A stretch of 55,919 bases of DNA, counting the filler, from Basidiobolus ranarum (taxonomy: Eukaryota), in assembly GCA_040143965.1 (NCBI GenBank). It is 3 parts of 3 records of this genome, joined end to end, with 100 filler letters (N's around TTAATTAATTAA, not from the genome) between each part and the next. Parts side by side here need not be neighbours in the genome. Positions count along the whole stretch, not along the records: positions 1 to 18,665 come from JASJQH010000271.1; positions 18,766 to 37,308 come from JASJQH010000273.1; 1 more part is not named here. One strand, given 5' to 3'. The notes beneath the pieces are model-generated. The model searched no databases. It was not told the origin of the DNA and worked only from the letters and a program-made list of their open reading frames with translations. The stretch's first letter is position 1, and the number at the start of each line of letters is the position of its first letter. Of the stretch, positions 11,181 through 23,300 are shown piece by piece. The position numbers and the translations under genes were made by a program.

Positions 11181-12956
11181 TTAAGTACTGATGAGTCCTA
11201 AGTTTTTTTTACAAGCCTCATACACAACGTAAGAGATACTGACAGCCGGAACAACCTTTAAGCGAGTGGGTTAATGGGATATTCTTTCTTTAAAAGTGGA
11301 GTTAATGCTTACCTTGGTGAGAGTTGGTATTAAGCCTTTATAGAATCCACGGATAGTTTCACTTTTATACGTGGTTCGGATCACATCGAAAGCTCCAGTA
11401 TACGTACGAGGATGGCCAGGAGTGCCTTGGGCTTGTAATCTGCTCAAAGTGGATTAGTATCGATATGAAAACTATCTTATAAAAAAGAAACACACCTTGT
11501 TCGAATTAAAGATAATGGATACACCATAGTAGCTCCTACTGTTCCAGATACCATACCACATCCCAATACAACAAACACATTCGGTTCCTGACATGAGTTT
11601 CCATTTTTCAGCGCGTACCGAATGTAAGAGTGCTTCAAGGATTCAAAAACAGAAAGATCGATTGCAGCAAATGGAAATACTCCAACAAGAGAAGGTACCA
11701 ATCCTTTGAAAAACGAACGTATTCCCTCCTTTTTCCACATTGCTTTGGCGGTCGGAATCAAAATACTTTTATGCTGGGAATTACTGGCTATACCGGAAGA
11801 ACTCATGATGCGTGTTTTCAAAATCTCTAATGGATAGATGGAGGTTTGTGAAGCTAATCCGGCAAATCCTCCGGCAAGGAATCTACCGGATATACCTAAG
11901 TCTTCTCCGTCTTCAAAATCAAATGTAGATCTGACTATGAGTTTGCAATTCTCATAAGCATAGAACTTCACCGCAGATTCCGGGGCAATTTTTATGATAT
12001 TAAGTCCATTACCGCGGAAGAAATTGGTCATTCCACCAGAATCATATAGATGGCGGATAGCTGCAGTAAGTGATACTCCACCGTTCTTACCACTGTGTGT
12101 CTGGGTCTGTAGGTAAACTTTTAAACGATCCAAAGGGGCAGTGACGGTACGACTTATGGAACCAGCAACAGCACCGGCTAATAAGAAAAACACCATGGAA
12201 CGCTGGGAAGTTTGAGCTCCTTCTGAAATCACGAGTTCTCCCTCACTAGTCATCTGAGCGGATTCAACATAATGATCATATATATGAGAAACAGTATGTA
12301 CATGAGGAGCAAACTAAAAGTTGGGAATCATTCAAGATTGAGTATTGAGAATTCAAAAGTGGAGTACTAATCAATGATTTACCAATAGGAAGTCTCTCCA
12401 CTCTTCAAAGTCCACTATTCCGTCCGAATTGGAATCTATATATGACACGAATTCTGCGAGCTCCTCATTATCGAGCTCAATACCTATTGTTTAGAGAATT
12501 TATAAGATGAGAGATAGATATTTCACTTATATATAATCAATATTTACCAGCATGCTTAAGATGAGCTTGAAGTTCTTCGGGAAGTACAGTGTGATCTTTT
12601 GAATCGGAGAGTTCAGTGAATAATTTCCAAAGTTGGGTTTCACGGGTATCGAAGAAACTTTTGAAATCCTGATAATCTACCACTCCATCTTTATTTTGAT
12701 CCAAAAGTGCGAATATTTCCGAAGCGTAATCTCCATGAAGTAAAGGAGTATATTGTGTCACTCCTTGCTCTACATCTGCGGCATTTAACATCCCTTTTTT
12801 TTGTTTATCGAACTGGTTGAAAATATTTCGTATACGAGCTTCCCGTTGTTGCGTAGACTCATTAACTGAAGGAATGGAACGAATTGGCGGGTGTTCTTTT
12901 ATAGTTGTGGACTCAACTGAGTGAGAAGAGCTACGTGAGGCAAGTGTGGTAGCCAT
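11181..12956 (-). CDS. SAL1: Calcium-binding mitochondrial ATP-Mg/Pi carrier (SCaMC/Sal1 family), multi-exon
   Basis: N-terminal EF-hands (FDKQKKGMLN, LDQNKDGVVDYQDF, IDSNSDGIVDFEEW) followed by three carrier repeats (TAPLDRLKV, FFRGNGLNIIKIAPESA, YPLEILKTR, YPLSLIRTR). Last exon VVPAVSISYVVYEACKKNLGLIST*. Confidence 0.92.
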
Positions 12957-14043
12957 ATTTAGTGTGATAGTGATACGAAGAGAAGGTTAATCTACACCTG
13001 GTACTAGTCTATTCAAAATGGTTGTCTATTTTCAAGACAAACAAGTCAATTTTTGATAAAGAAAATTTCCGTTGGAACTGCAGAAAAAATGCCAAAAAGC
13101 TTGGGTCTTTAGAGAAAAGAACAACCATTTTGGCGGTAAATTTGAAAAGCATCTTTTTATTCATCCTAATCTAAACGAGGCAATTCGCACTTCCAAATTT
13201 GGTCATTAGGTGGTCGGGTCGGATTGGAATTCTTTGGTTTTCTTTTCCCCTCAACGGATCGTATCGCCCCCACACATAATCTCTAGCCTCTGTTTGACCA
13301 CCAAATCACGTGTACTGTGAGGGTGCTTGACCAATCATGATAAAGTAAACTCGGGCAGTTTACAGCAACTACACCTTAACAACACCCAACCATTACAGCA
13401 ATAATAATACGCAGATTATCGAATCAAGACTGCTTTTATAGGTTTTGTATGTTGACTGGCAAGCTGATGCATATTCTTAATGCGATACCTTCCACACACA
13501 TCGACATAATTAGAGTTAGGGCTAGGGTTGAGAGTCAAGAAGATGGAGGTGAAGGTGAAGGTGAAAATAAAGGATTATTTATTTCAACTCGTGTTATTCA
13601 GTGATGAGTCAAAGCACTCAACTTAGGGTTAGGTGTAAAGCGTGACATATATCCCTCATAAATGAGTATTTATCCCATATGGATATTTGTGAAACTGCCG
13701 ATTTCCCACTCTGCAACAGTCCTTGAGTTACCCGGCCTCTTGAACACTACGTCAAGGTCTCACCTGACAAAACAGTTCTTAGTCAATACAGTGTAGTTGC
13801 ATACTCACACTTGGCGGTATTATTCAGGTTATTTTAATATTTAGAAATAATATCTGGAGTCGTCTTATTTTCCTGTCGTAAGTGAACTAGGTTGCTATGT
13901 TCATTCATTCAACAGTGTACTAATATTCTGAATACCGTAGGATAAACTGGAACTAAATTCGAGGAAAGGTGGATATATTATTCCTTTTTATCCTCTGTTT
14001 ATTTATAAAACTTTCCAATTTGAATACCCTTGCTGAAAAATAA

Positions 14044-15260
14044 ATGCCTCTCGAATTGTCTGACGGTTTAAAGAATACAATCGCTGGTGCTACTGCTGGT
14101 TGCATAACGTCCATTGTAACGTGTCCTTTAGACGTAGTGAAGACGATACTTCAGAACCAAGGCAGACATGAAGGAGGAACAGCTTACAAGGGTACTTTAG
14201 GTAAATAGCCAACAAGAGATTCAAGCATTGAAAGTATGCAAACTGTACCCGTAACTAAAGAATCAACACAACAATAGGCACGTTATCTCGAATTTGGACT
14301 GAGGAAGGAATACGAGGGCTTTATCGAGGCCTTGGCCCAACAATTTATGGTTACCTTCCAACTTGGTCAATCTATTTCAGTGTTTATAATAATCTTAAGA
14401 TTGTGCTGGGAGAACGAACAGGTAATGCGATAACACTTTGTACATAACATTAAGGAATGGTTTTGGTCTCTAAAATTTCGTATAGGAAAGTCTGCCGATA
14501 ATGTGATGGTTCATGTAGTTTCTGCCATGGGAGCCGGTGCTGCAAGTTCAATCATGACCAGCCCTCTATGGGTGATCAAGACTCGTTTCATGGTAGCTAT
14601 GTATACTTGTGGATAATCTCGATGCTTTTTACTAATCGAGGTATGATTGAAATACTAGACCCAGTCTAAGAATACAAATTACCGGTACAAAAATACACTA
14701 GATGCATTCGGTATTATATTTAAAGAGGAGGGAATAAGAGGATTTTACAAGGGACTTACACCAAGTCTATTGGGAGTCTTTCACGTAGCCGTACAATTTC
14801 CCCTATACGAACGGTTAAAATTGGTATTAAGTAAGACCACTGTATCTACATGAATGCAGACGAATACCAGATATTAATAAGCATTAATCTAACAAAAACA
14901 TAGAATCTAGAGATAACAAATCATTTGGCACCTTCTCCATTTTAGTTGCCTCGTCGTCGTCAAAGATGGTTGCCAGTATAATCACATATCCACATGAGGT
15001 ACAAATCATCCACTGTAAAACCTAGCATTTTCGGGTGTTGACTGAATTCCCCTTAGGTAATCCGCACTCGTCTTCAGAACCAAGTGATGCGTCCTTTCAA
15101 ATACGTAAGCATTATGCAAACAATTCAGATGATTTATCGAGAAGAAGGATGGACAGCATTTTACAAAGGGATGCCCACCAATTTGATTAGAACAGTTCCA
15201 GCTAGTGCCTTGACCATATTAACGTACGAACTGATGATGGTGAAATTGAATTCATTGTAG
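14044..15260 (+). CDS. NDT1: Mitochondrial carrier, NAD+ transporter (Ndt1/Yia6)-like; 6 exons, absent from the ORF track
   Basis: Manual splice gives MPLELSDGLKNTIAGATAGCITSIVTCPLDVVKT..GLYRGLGPTIYGYLPTWSIYF..SPLWVIKTRFM..GFYKGLTPSLLGVFHVAVQFPLYE..TYPHEVIRTRLQ..FYKGMPTNLIRTVPASALTILTYE, using five canonical GT..AG introns. Confidence 0.88.
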
Positions 15261-15341
15261 TATTGCATTCATCGTGGCATTATATATTCATAAATCTATA
15301 TACTATCCAACCAATACTGAGCATATGTAGAATAAGTTTAT

Positions 15342-15372
15342 TTATTTCCGGGTTATTTCCGGGTTATTTCCG
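15342..15372. repeat. Short tandem repeat (TTATTTCCGGG)x~2.8
   Basis: Read directly; lies between the convergent 3' ends of the carrier and trypsin genes. Confidence 0.7.
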
Positions 15373-15432
15373 TGTACGAAGAACCTGTCTTTCAAAAGAA
15401 TGCAAGGGAAGGGCGAGTGCGAAGATGGATGC

Positions 15433-16506
15433 TCAATTCATACTGGAAAGAGACAAGTATGAGATGGAGCTTAGAACGAAGGCAGTTACAAGATTGTTTG
15501 AATATATGCTGGTAGAATCTGAGGTACTGTTTGAAGTAGTATTATTCTTTTCTGAATTCTTGGTCGATTCCGCCCCAGTTCCAGAAGAGCTTGCTGAGTA
15601 ATAACCAGGTTTCATTTGTTCTTCTGAAAGTCCGGTGACATTCTTGATGAAATCATTGAAACTCACCAAACGAGTGTAAACACCATACGTATCATTACCA
15701 CCACACTTGAACAACGCTGTGACATCTTTTTGAGGACCATAACTGGTGACTCCCAATATCGAGAAATGGCCGTTTTCTTGCTGGAAAAGTGGACCACCGG
15801 AATCACCAAAGCAAGTATCACTTCCAGGACGGTTAGCAACACATATTTTCGGACCGTTGAGTCCCTGATATTGCGGAACAACTGTTGTGCACTTGGCTTC
15901 GGTTCCTACCTCTAAGTTTACTTCATATAATGTGTCAGAAAAATTTTGAGTTTCAGTGGCACCCCAACCGGCAGCTGTTACTACTTGCTTCTCTTTGATG
16001 GGCTGTTGGCTTATGCCAATGGGACGAATACTATCAGATATTTGTACTGGAGCAGTTAACTCAAGAATAGCTAAATCACTCTATAAAAGAAAGAACAGGT
16101 TAATAGAATAATAATAACTATTCCGTAGACCGTTTGTGCTTACCCTGTACTCTAGATAGTCAAAGTCAGGAGCCAGACTGTATCTTGCTACGGTATATGG
16201 AGAGGTAGAGTTGGACTGGATTGTTCCGAGAATCACTTGAACTTGAGACGATGGAATGTTGAGAAGTTGGTCACCAAGTTCAATAGAAGTAACACTTTTA
16301 ACTAAACAATGAGCAGCAGTAATAACCCATTTATCGCCGATTAAAGCCCCACCACACTCTGGCTTATTTTCAATTATCAGATGGGCCATGAAAGGAAGAC
16401 CATTCTGAGCTACAGGCTTTCCACCTACAATGTTGCTCCAATTATCCACAGCGGAAGAGTAACCAACGAGGGCTAAAGACACAGAAGCAAGTAAATTCAA
16501 TCTCAT
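15433..16506 (-). CDS. Secreted trypsin-like serine protease (S1) with Ser/Thr-rich linker and hydrophobic C-terminus
   Basis: Signal peptide, IVGG mature N-terminus, CGGALI, TAAHC, SDLAIL, DTCFGDSGGP, GVYTR; one intron at 16081-16143. Confidence 0.93.
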
Positions 16507-17071
16507 TTAGAAGTATAAATAAGCGAGATAGCAGAAAGTGGGAGAACAAGTAGGAGGTTTTATTGAACAGATCGTGAAGAGTTTGTACTACTATGGCTAT
16601 ATCCTGTTCCACAAACTTGCCAATAAATCCAATATAAAGCACAGCTAGATCGGGAACATTCTCAGTTCTTGTTGAATCCATGAAAATCCAGATGCACTTT
16701 GTACATGTTAAGCTCCCATTAGTAACACGAACACGACACCCAATGTTGTGCAAATAGACTGGCATATCTATAGTTGGAACATCATGTATCTTTCTCTTCC
16801 CTTATATGTGAGTAATGTGTCTCAATCAAAACATCTCTTTGTATACACTGACTCTCTGACTGACTCTCACTCTTGGTGTAGTGAAGATTGTTTAAACTTG
16901 GAATCGAAAACAACAAATTAATCCAACAATTATGATGCAAGTAAGGAGAGAAATGGGGTTAGGGTTGAGTTGTTGATGCATTGAGATGAGGATGACATCA
17001 TCCATTGATTTATCTTCTCAGGCCTGTCTATACAATAACATTGTTCACCTCTCACGCCAATTTCAAGCGCT

Positions 17072-18023
17072 ATGTCTAACGAAAACATCCCTACAAGCTC
17101 CTTTGCACCAACTAAAGACGAGGTCTCCAAAGAAGACTGGGAGAAACTCACCCTTCGTGATAAACTTTGGGGAACCACCAAAAAGGTACATAGAAGAGCG
17201 TTGAAGTTTCGGGAACTGAAAGCTGCCATCGCTTTGGCCAACCATCAAATCTATCGAACCGTGTTAAAAGACTTTTATTATGTGTTCAAAACCTTTGAAG
17301 AGATTTGGGAAGAAGAGAAAGCCAATTCGACAGTATTAAGTGACGCTTACATGCCAGAGCTGTTGAGAACTCGGAATATAGAAAAAGACTTGGAATTCTA
17401 TTATGGTAAAGATTGGTTGAGAGCTGTTTACAGAACTCCAATCGTCAGAGATTATGAGGTTTGACAAATTTTTTGACTCCCAAGTGAAGCTTTGAAAATC
17501 TAACAGTATGGTGTTGTAGAATCACATAAGAGAAGTTGCAAAGACCAGACCTGAGGTCCTTATCGCTTACGGATATGCCTTGTAAGTGACTCTTACTTGT
17601 ATGCTATGTAATTCAATGATACTAACATACTGTCAATAATATAGCTACTTGGGTATCTTTGCAGGTGGACAAATAATGCGTTCCAAGATAACACGATCAG
17701 CAGGGAAATTCTTCAAGTTTGCTGCAAATCAAGTGACTGATCCTTTCTTTGATGGATTACAAGTATTCTTCTTTCGTGATTCCAAGACGATGGAACCACT
17801 TGAATTGGCCAAATTAAGAAAAGATTACATTGAAAAGATCAATTCATTGGAGGTAGATGCTGAATTGGAGAATATGCTTATAGACGAGTTGCTAGAGATT
17901 CATCGTAGAAACGATTTGATTATTGGCTCGATCAAGGGAACAGAATTGGTAATCGCTCAATGGGTTTGCTATTTCATCTCTTTATTGGTCGTTTTCATCT
18001 ATGCAAAGCGCATCTTCTTTTAG
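17072..18023 (+). CDS. HMX1: Heme oxygenase (Hmx1-like), 3 exons, C-terminal membrane anchor
   Basis: TKKVH proximal-His motif, FYYVFKTFEE, PELLRTRNIEKDLEFYYG, PEVLIAYGYAFYLGIFAGGQIM; introns ~17459-17519 and ~17582-17644; hydrophobic tail. Confidence 0.88.
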
Positions 18024-18197
18024 TTCCTCACTTTCCTATAATTGTGCCGCCAATTGTGGATAATCAAATAAATGTTGGAAAATCATCATTATTTCAAGCT
18101 GTCAATAGATTAGGTTTATTTACGGTTACATTCACCAATTGATGTTAAGTAACATGTTAAAAAAATGCAAACAGACAATACATTGAGAATTTACTAT

Positions 18198-18665
18198 TTA
18201 CTTCTGTTCAACAGAGACAACCTTGCCAAGCATGACAGCGGTGTTACCATCGAGGAAGGCAATACGGGAGAGACCTTCGCAGTTCTTGAAAGAATCAACG
18301 ATAAGAGGTTGGATAGGAGCGAAGACTACTTCAGCGGCTTCAGCAGCCTTGAGGGAGTGAGGAGACTCGAGCTTCTTACGGCCAGTTTCCTTACCAATCT
18401 TCCACTTGAGCTCAACGATCTTACAAGCAGCACGACCACAACGGACGAAACCGATGGGGGAGTATCCGGGCTTGACTTCTCCTGGGATATCAAGAGTTTG
18501 GATTTGGGCAGTGAAGCTCTTGACGGGGCGAAGAGTGGTATCGTTCTTGTAGATCATAACATCACCAGCACGGGGCATGTTACCCTTGTCAAGACCCTTG
18601 ATGTTCATACCAACGTTGTCACCAGTAACGGCTTGGTCGACACGCTTGTGATGCATTTCAACGGT
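18198..18665 (-). CDS. EFL: Elongation factor-like GTPase EFL, 3' part (5' part lost in the gap)
   Basis: EMHHKRV..GDNVGMNIKGLDKGNMPRAGDVM, GYSPIGFVRCGRAAC, WKIGKETG and FKNCEGLSRIAFLDGN are EFL signatures, distinct from canonical EF-1alpha (GFNVK, GYAPVLDCHT, PPLGRFAVRD). Strong codon bias. Confidence 0.92.
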   Translation of the reverse strand, partial: TVEMHHKRVDQAVTGDNVGMNIKGLDKGNMPRAGDVMIYKNDTTLRPVKSFTAQIQTLDIPGEVKPGYSPIGFVRCGRAACKIVELKWKIGKETGRKKLESPHSLKAAEAAEVVFAPIQPLIVDSFKNCEGLSRIAFLDGNTAVMLGKVVSVEQK

Positions 18666-18765
18666 NNNNNNNNNNNNNNNNNNNNNNNNNNNNNNNNNNN
18701 NNNNNNNNNTTAATTAATTAANNNNNNNNNNNNNNNNNNNNNNNNNNNNNNNNNNNNNNNNNNNN
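18666..18765. other. Assembly gap with artificial six-frame-stop linker
   Basis: 100-nt block of Ns with TTAATTAATTAA at 18710-18721. Confidence 0.97.
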
Positions 18766-19213
18766 AATTCTACTAGTTATACTCAATCAGCAGGTAATCG
18801 TTATTTTACGAGTTCCTCAGAGACTACACGCGAGAAATCTTTCAACTTTAACCTCTTTTACGAACACCATCGAATTGATATGATTGACAAAATTATCTGT
18901 ATCACTTTATCATCCTCTCCCTGTAAATACAAGTATATCATATATCCCTTCCTAGTTTGCGCTCATTGCTTTGAGATATGTTAGCCTTAAATAGACCCTA
19001 CTTATTTTAAGTTGATGAAAATACGGAATTGCTTGTAGGATTTTATAATATTGCGCCGATATTTCAAATTTGATTTTGCAGATTTATATTCATTAGCAAT
19101 GTAAGTGTATTAATTGAAAGCAAGAAAGTCCTGGGCTAAAAAGGAGCAAAATACAGTATATCTTGAATATTAGCAACATATATGAATATTTTTTAATAAG
19201 AAAGTATATATCC

Positions 19214-20368
19214 TGTGATAGTACTTTGGGAGTTTATTGGAAGTAGCTTGTGTTCAAGTATTTTGGCAGCATGTTAGAAGTGGTTTGGAGAAATAGAGAA
19301 ATTGGTGGTTGTTACTTATTGAACTATCAAGTAGAAAGTTGATATTTATAGTTTTGTTAAGATACAAGTGTACAAACATGTAGAATATGTTAAAAATGTC
19401 TCAGAAACATGTGTGCAAAGTTTGTCAAGTTATAAGTAAAAAACATGTAGAATGTGTCAAGGAAGTCAAAGTATTGAACTCTATCCCTATCCTAATGATC
19501 TTGTTTGAAGCTGAAATAGTCAGTGTACAGAAAATGATATGTAATGCACCATATCTAACTGCTCATTTGGGCCAAAGTAATTTGGAAGTTTGTTGGATGT
19601 GATTTGCATAACTAGAAGAATCAATGGTTTTCACTTATTGATATATTGTTTACAAGTTGACATATATAATTCTATCATGAAGCAAACAAGAAAATGTGTA
19701 AAGTCTGTTAAGGAAGTTTTACAGACTTGGGTGAGAAGTTTGGGGCTTCTAGCATAAGTTTGAGAATATATATATCTGTGGACTTGCACAAACTCTTCAA
19801 TATCTCAAATAATTGATTTACTTCTTTGCTATTCAAGTCACCATATTCTTTTAAGAATAAAGTAGCTAAAACACTATCATAAGTTGCCTCTGATACAGAC
19901 AGTGTACCCTGATTATGTCAAGGTCATCCAACAATTTCATGCATTACTACTCCAGGATTTCAAACTCAAGCTCTCAAAGATCCTTTAAAGGGTCTTCTAA
20001 GTTTTTATTACATTTGACTCCAGTATAGGACAAGAAGTATGATTGTTTGGTATTCCCAGTATTTGTGTAGTATCCCCAAACCCATCTTGCATAATGCAGG
20101 CACAAACTATTATTGACTCCCCATCATAGGCTATGATCTCTCCAACCTGCCTGTAGCAGCTATTTTATGCTGTATAGTAATATCCAGAGCTGGTAGGATC
20201 TGAGCCAATTCTATTTATGGTCATTTCATCAGAGAACAAAGCTTTCTTGTATAACTTAGTCCTTATGATCCTTTGCAAATTACAGTCTTCTTTTTAGAAA
20301 TAGAAATCATTAATAAATTTTCTGTTAAAGGGATTTGGAAAACTAGAGAATTAGTGGATTTCACTAAT
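19214..20368 (-). mobile_element. Cluster of truncated LTR-family fragments in CpG-poor DNA
   Basis: Pieces at ~19214-19246, 19251-19424, ~19572-19787 and ~20331-20368 match the 6111-6458 LTR (e.g. GAAGTGGTTTGGAGAA, CATGTGTGCAAAGTTTG, GTTTGGGGCTTCTAGCA). Confidence 0.78.
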
Positions 20369-23300
20369 CGCTCTCACATAAGGAATTAATATCCAATTTT
20401 GTTTAACTTATCACTCCTCCAAAACCACCAATTCTTCCTTCTCAAAACTCTATCTAGACACCAGTGAGGTTTGTTATCAATATCAGGTTGGTGTAGAGAC
20501 ATTCCTTGAATACTTTGTATTTGGGTTTATTACTCCTAACCTATAACAATAGCAATGGAAATTGAGGAAACAGCAGGAAGATTATCTGTAACGCTGGTGA
20601 AAATAGTGATGGCTAGTAGAGTGTAGTCTATTATGTTGGAGAGTTTTTAATCCCTACAATTACGCATACAACTATTTCATACATGATGTAGAAGTTAGTA
20701 AAGTTTATTTGTACCAGTTCGTTTGACACTGGAGCTTAGAATATATAATATCATGCATTGAGATTCGCCAGCAATTTGCGAAGCAAAACTGGCAATTTCA
20801 GTGTCATTACAGTCTACGCCAGAATAACCTATTCCCCTAACAGCTTAATTCCGGGTCAGCTTCATTTCTAAAGTTCACAATAGCTTTGATTTGTAAAAAT
20901 TCCCACTATCAGCATCTTTTTTCATGATGACATTGTATGACAGGCCAGTCAGATATTGACTAACGAAACCGAGAAAGAGTATAAATTGAGTGCAATATAG
21001 CACTGAATATTTATTCAATAATGGTCATAGCATGTCATACATGAATTCAGAACATTTTCGATATATTAACCAAAAGTTACTTGGCCTCAGTGTAGATCAC
21101 TTAGTCTCTTTTGTGGCATTTTGTACTTGGTGCATAGGCTTTGAATTGATAGGCGATTCTCAAGAACAATCAAAGAAAGTATGCTAAATAAATATCTATA
21201 ACAACTTGCAAAAATTTACCGGAATATTTTTCAAGTTTCAATCCCTACTTTACTACTGAAATTTATTCATGGGCAAAATGGACATAGCAATACAAAATAA
21301 ATTGCCTATTTGAAGCAAGTGATCACTGCAAAATTTATGATGGCTTCATTAAACGTACCTGTTATAACGATTTCTCAAATAGAAAATAGCCACATAAAAA
21401 CTCTCTACCGCTGGTTTCATGACTGAGTAGAGTATATAAATCTAGGGCCAAATGTTACTGGAGAACACATGGATTGACAACCTTTTAGAGGATTCAAAGA
21501 CTCTTTCAACTTTCGGTAAAAGTAAACTGACTCATTATCATTGTATTATTAGCAATAGACTATGTCTCTAATAAAATGCAACGAGGGACGAACACTAGAC
21601 CACTTTAAGTAAGAAATAATTGAATATCGAAGTCTCCAAGTGACTATGAACGGGATTTGAGGAGTTGTGTATATATATGTCAATGGGCTGTTGGTAAGCA
21701 TTTGAATGGTAACAACCGTTATTAATGTGTGTGAGGTAATGCAGATAAACTAGTTAAAGGAAATACAAGTGCCATCGCTTGACGCGTATTGGAAATAACG
21801 TTTTACATTTCTACGTGAAACCACCAGATTTATAGCGTGGGATAATGAATTTCTCTGAGTGCAAATGACGACTAATCGATTACAATTAATTTGACTGAAT
21901 TCGCCATAGATTGATATACCTATATATAAGCAAAATTCATTATTATCATCGATGCACAACATTCCGCTCTTTCCGTATCCAATACAGGCATTCTATCAGA
22001 CTGCTAAACATTTGTTTACCAACGAACTCTAGTTTCGACACTCGCTTTCATGCTAAATTCCATTCAGACGGGAAAAATGACATGTCCGTAAATGCTAGTG
22101 ATCAGCCAAGCATCCATATTATTCAAGATGAAGCTATCCAGCATCCATACAAGGGTATCTCTAAGATATAATACCGATACCCTCCCCCAAGTTGTCACAC
22201 GTCAAACTCAACAACAGCCCATGTAACCAAAATAGAAATCTATAACAAACCAGGGGAATACTGTGTGAAGAATGTCGGGGAGTTCTTTAAGCCTATCACA
22301 CATGACTCGATTACTCATTCCTAATCTATCGAGAAGGTATAATATCAATACTTCCATATCCCCATTTAGCAGAGAGTTTAGATATTGGATGCAGCACTGT
22401 TGTATCTCTGTTAGAGAAGAAAAGTTTCAATACTCCGTAATATCTAGCATTTTGGAGTAAGTATCGGCACGTTTCTTGGACGGGATATTCCCACGTCATG
22501 GTCCATGAATATTGTTAGTACGACCTTTTAAGAACTTCATTTACTCAAGCCCATAATTTAGGAATCTACCTACGATCCTCCAGAACACGTAGTACATTTT
22601 ATGTAAGTAGAGCAGAGTGATTCCTCGTAATACTCTCAGTGTGAATGCAGCAACGCCTCCTTCGTTAGATTGGTAGACTTTACTAGAGCCGAGCAGAAAT
22701 AGTTCAGTAGATATGGCGTTATAGTTATTCCTGTAATCCCAAAATTAAGCTGAAAAGACGTTCATTTTAGGTTGACTCACATAATCAGGTAAATTACCTC
22801 CAAACATCACGTCGGACGAATACTGACCATGGTGCCTCAGCCAATTGGGACATATAATGGCCGTTTTAATCATGTAACCACTCTGTGCAAGAACTAGGTA
22901 ACATGGAGGTCTATAGAAGATTGTCATCAACTTAAATGGAAAGCTCACTTACACTAACCCTGCAATGCTGTTGAATCCTATTTGACAACATGAGAAAGAC
23001 AATAGCTCATTCTAAAGGAGAAGTTCGTTTTTTCAACTAGCTGGACCGATGCATCAATGAGCTGCAAACTGAACTTGAGAAGCTTCGCTAGTTCTCTTGC
23101 TATTGGATATGTGACCGTTATAAGGAGTAGTATCGGGTTGATGATAGCAGACTATCCGATTAGATATGACTGCGGGGTTTGCCTGCTTATCCTCAAATAT
23201 CTAATCTGATAAAAGAGATTTGGCCAAGGTATGCAAACATTCCCAGAACGTTTTTACATATGACTTGATTTGTGGAACTTTCACTGAATGTGCGTTAAAA

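Noticed and set aside
18165..18713. 182-aa + strand ORF
   Set aside because: Antisense shadow of the codon-biased EFL gene; it runs into Ns.
18710..18721. Palindromic TTAATTAATTAA motif (also at 37353-37364)
   Set aside because: Artificial scaffolding linker embedded in Ns, not biological.
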